A DNA stretch of 64,000 nt, from assembly GCF_021028975.2 (NCBI RefSeq), contig NC_059432.1, positions 91,078,001-91,142,000 on the forward strand, in the 5' to 3' direction. Source of the DNA: Sphaerodactylus townsendi. Its lineage: Eukaryota. This document shows, piece by piece, positions 63,597 to 64,000 of the stretch. The number at the start of each line of letters is the position of its first letter. Within the stretch, counting starts at the first letter, position 1. The translations under genes were made by a program, and so were the position numbers. The notes under the pieces are model-generated. The model was not told where the DNA came from, made no database searches, and worked only from the letters and a program-made list of their open reading frames with translations.

Positions 63597-63660
63597 CAAA
63601 CAAGATGATAAGAGTTGACTAAAGAAGCCATTACATCTGGTTGCCCTGAGTAATTTATAA
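63597..63660 (-). CDS. Candidate exon M1 (phase 2/0), YKLLRATRCNGFFSQLLSSCL
   Basis: Acceptor attgtattcag with upstream CCTAAT, donor TTG|gtgaga. Confidence 0.4.
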
Positions 63661-63754
63661 CTGAATACAATATTGTAATTTGAACTCTTATCATTAGGGG
63701 ACATTTTCATAAGACTGTGATACCATGCAAAAACCAAACAGCCATCCAAATGAA

Positions 63755-63970
63755 GAGTTGGATTTATACTCTGCTTTTCTCTACCGCGAGGAGTCTCAAA
63801 GCAGCTTACAACTCCTTCCCTTGCCCTTCCCACAAAAGACACCTTGTGATGTAGGTGGGGCTGTGAGAATTCTGAGAAAACTCTGACTAGCCCAAGGTGA
63901 CCTGCAGAGTGGGGAAACCAGTCCAGTAGACCGGAGTCTGATGCTCATGTGGAGGAGTGGGGAATTAACC
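63755..63970 (-). mobile_element. Squam3-like SINE, partial
   Basis: GAGTTGGATTTATA...CCTTCCCACAA...GACTAGCCCAAGGT, as in 38915-39218. Confidence 0.8.
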
Positions 63971-64000
63971 ACTAAAGAAGCTGTTACAGTGAAAATGAAA

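Noticed and set aside
63437-63622. Plus-strand exon-like ORFs (FLDQKEKK... and SLTRRKRKH...)
   Set aside because: Two frames are equally open, there is no partner exon, no recognisable homology, and it overlaps candidate M1 antisense.

Overview
This window is eukaryotic, AT-rich and repeat-dense, and comes from a squamate reptile. The SINE, MITE and Penelope set suggests a gecko; that is from recall and not verified. There are no prokaryotic operons, rRNA or tRNA genes, or CRISPR arrays, and nearly all ORFs in the supplied track are chance frames or transposon fragments. Most of the window is transposable-element debris: a chromodomain Ty3/gypsy 3' half with its LTR (1-2924), a second gypsy relic, a decayed DIRS tyrosine-recombinase retrotransposon (~10.3-14.2 kb), fragments of L1, L2, CR1, RTE and R4/Dong LINEs, and tRNA-derived SINEs. 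There are also many MITEs whose TIRs and TSDs can be read directly (Harbinger-like, Tc1/mariner-pogo-like, hAT-like). Two Penelope inverted-repeat insertions are present, and one carries an intact minimal hammerhead ribozyme on each strand. Between the repeats I traced short, largely phase-compatible GT-AG exon candidates. They suggest an unidentified multi-exon gene on the minus strand (63.7 kb to 29/25 kb, with an in-frame TAG) and a weaker converging plus-strand exon set (4-24 kb, with an in-frame TGA). Several Hox/Meis-motif-rich non-coding blocks look like enhancers. I see no evidence for a wholly new biological system. The best leads are the unidentified gene(s), the paired hammerheads and an ~85-bp direct duplication bracketing the DIRS element.
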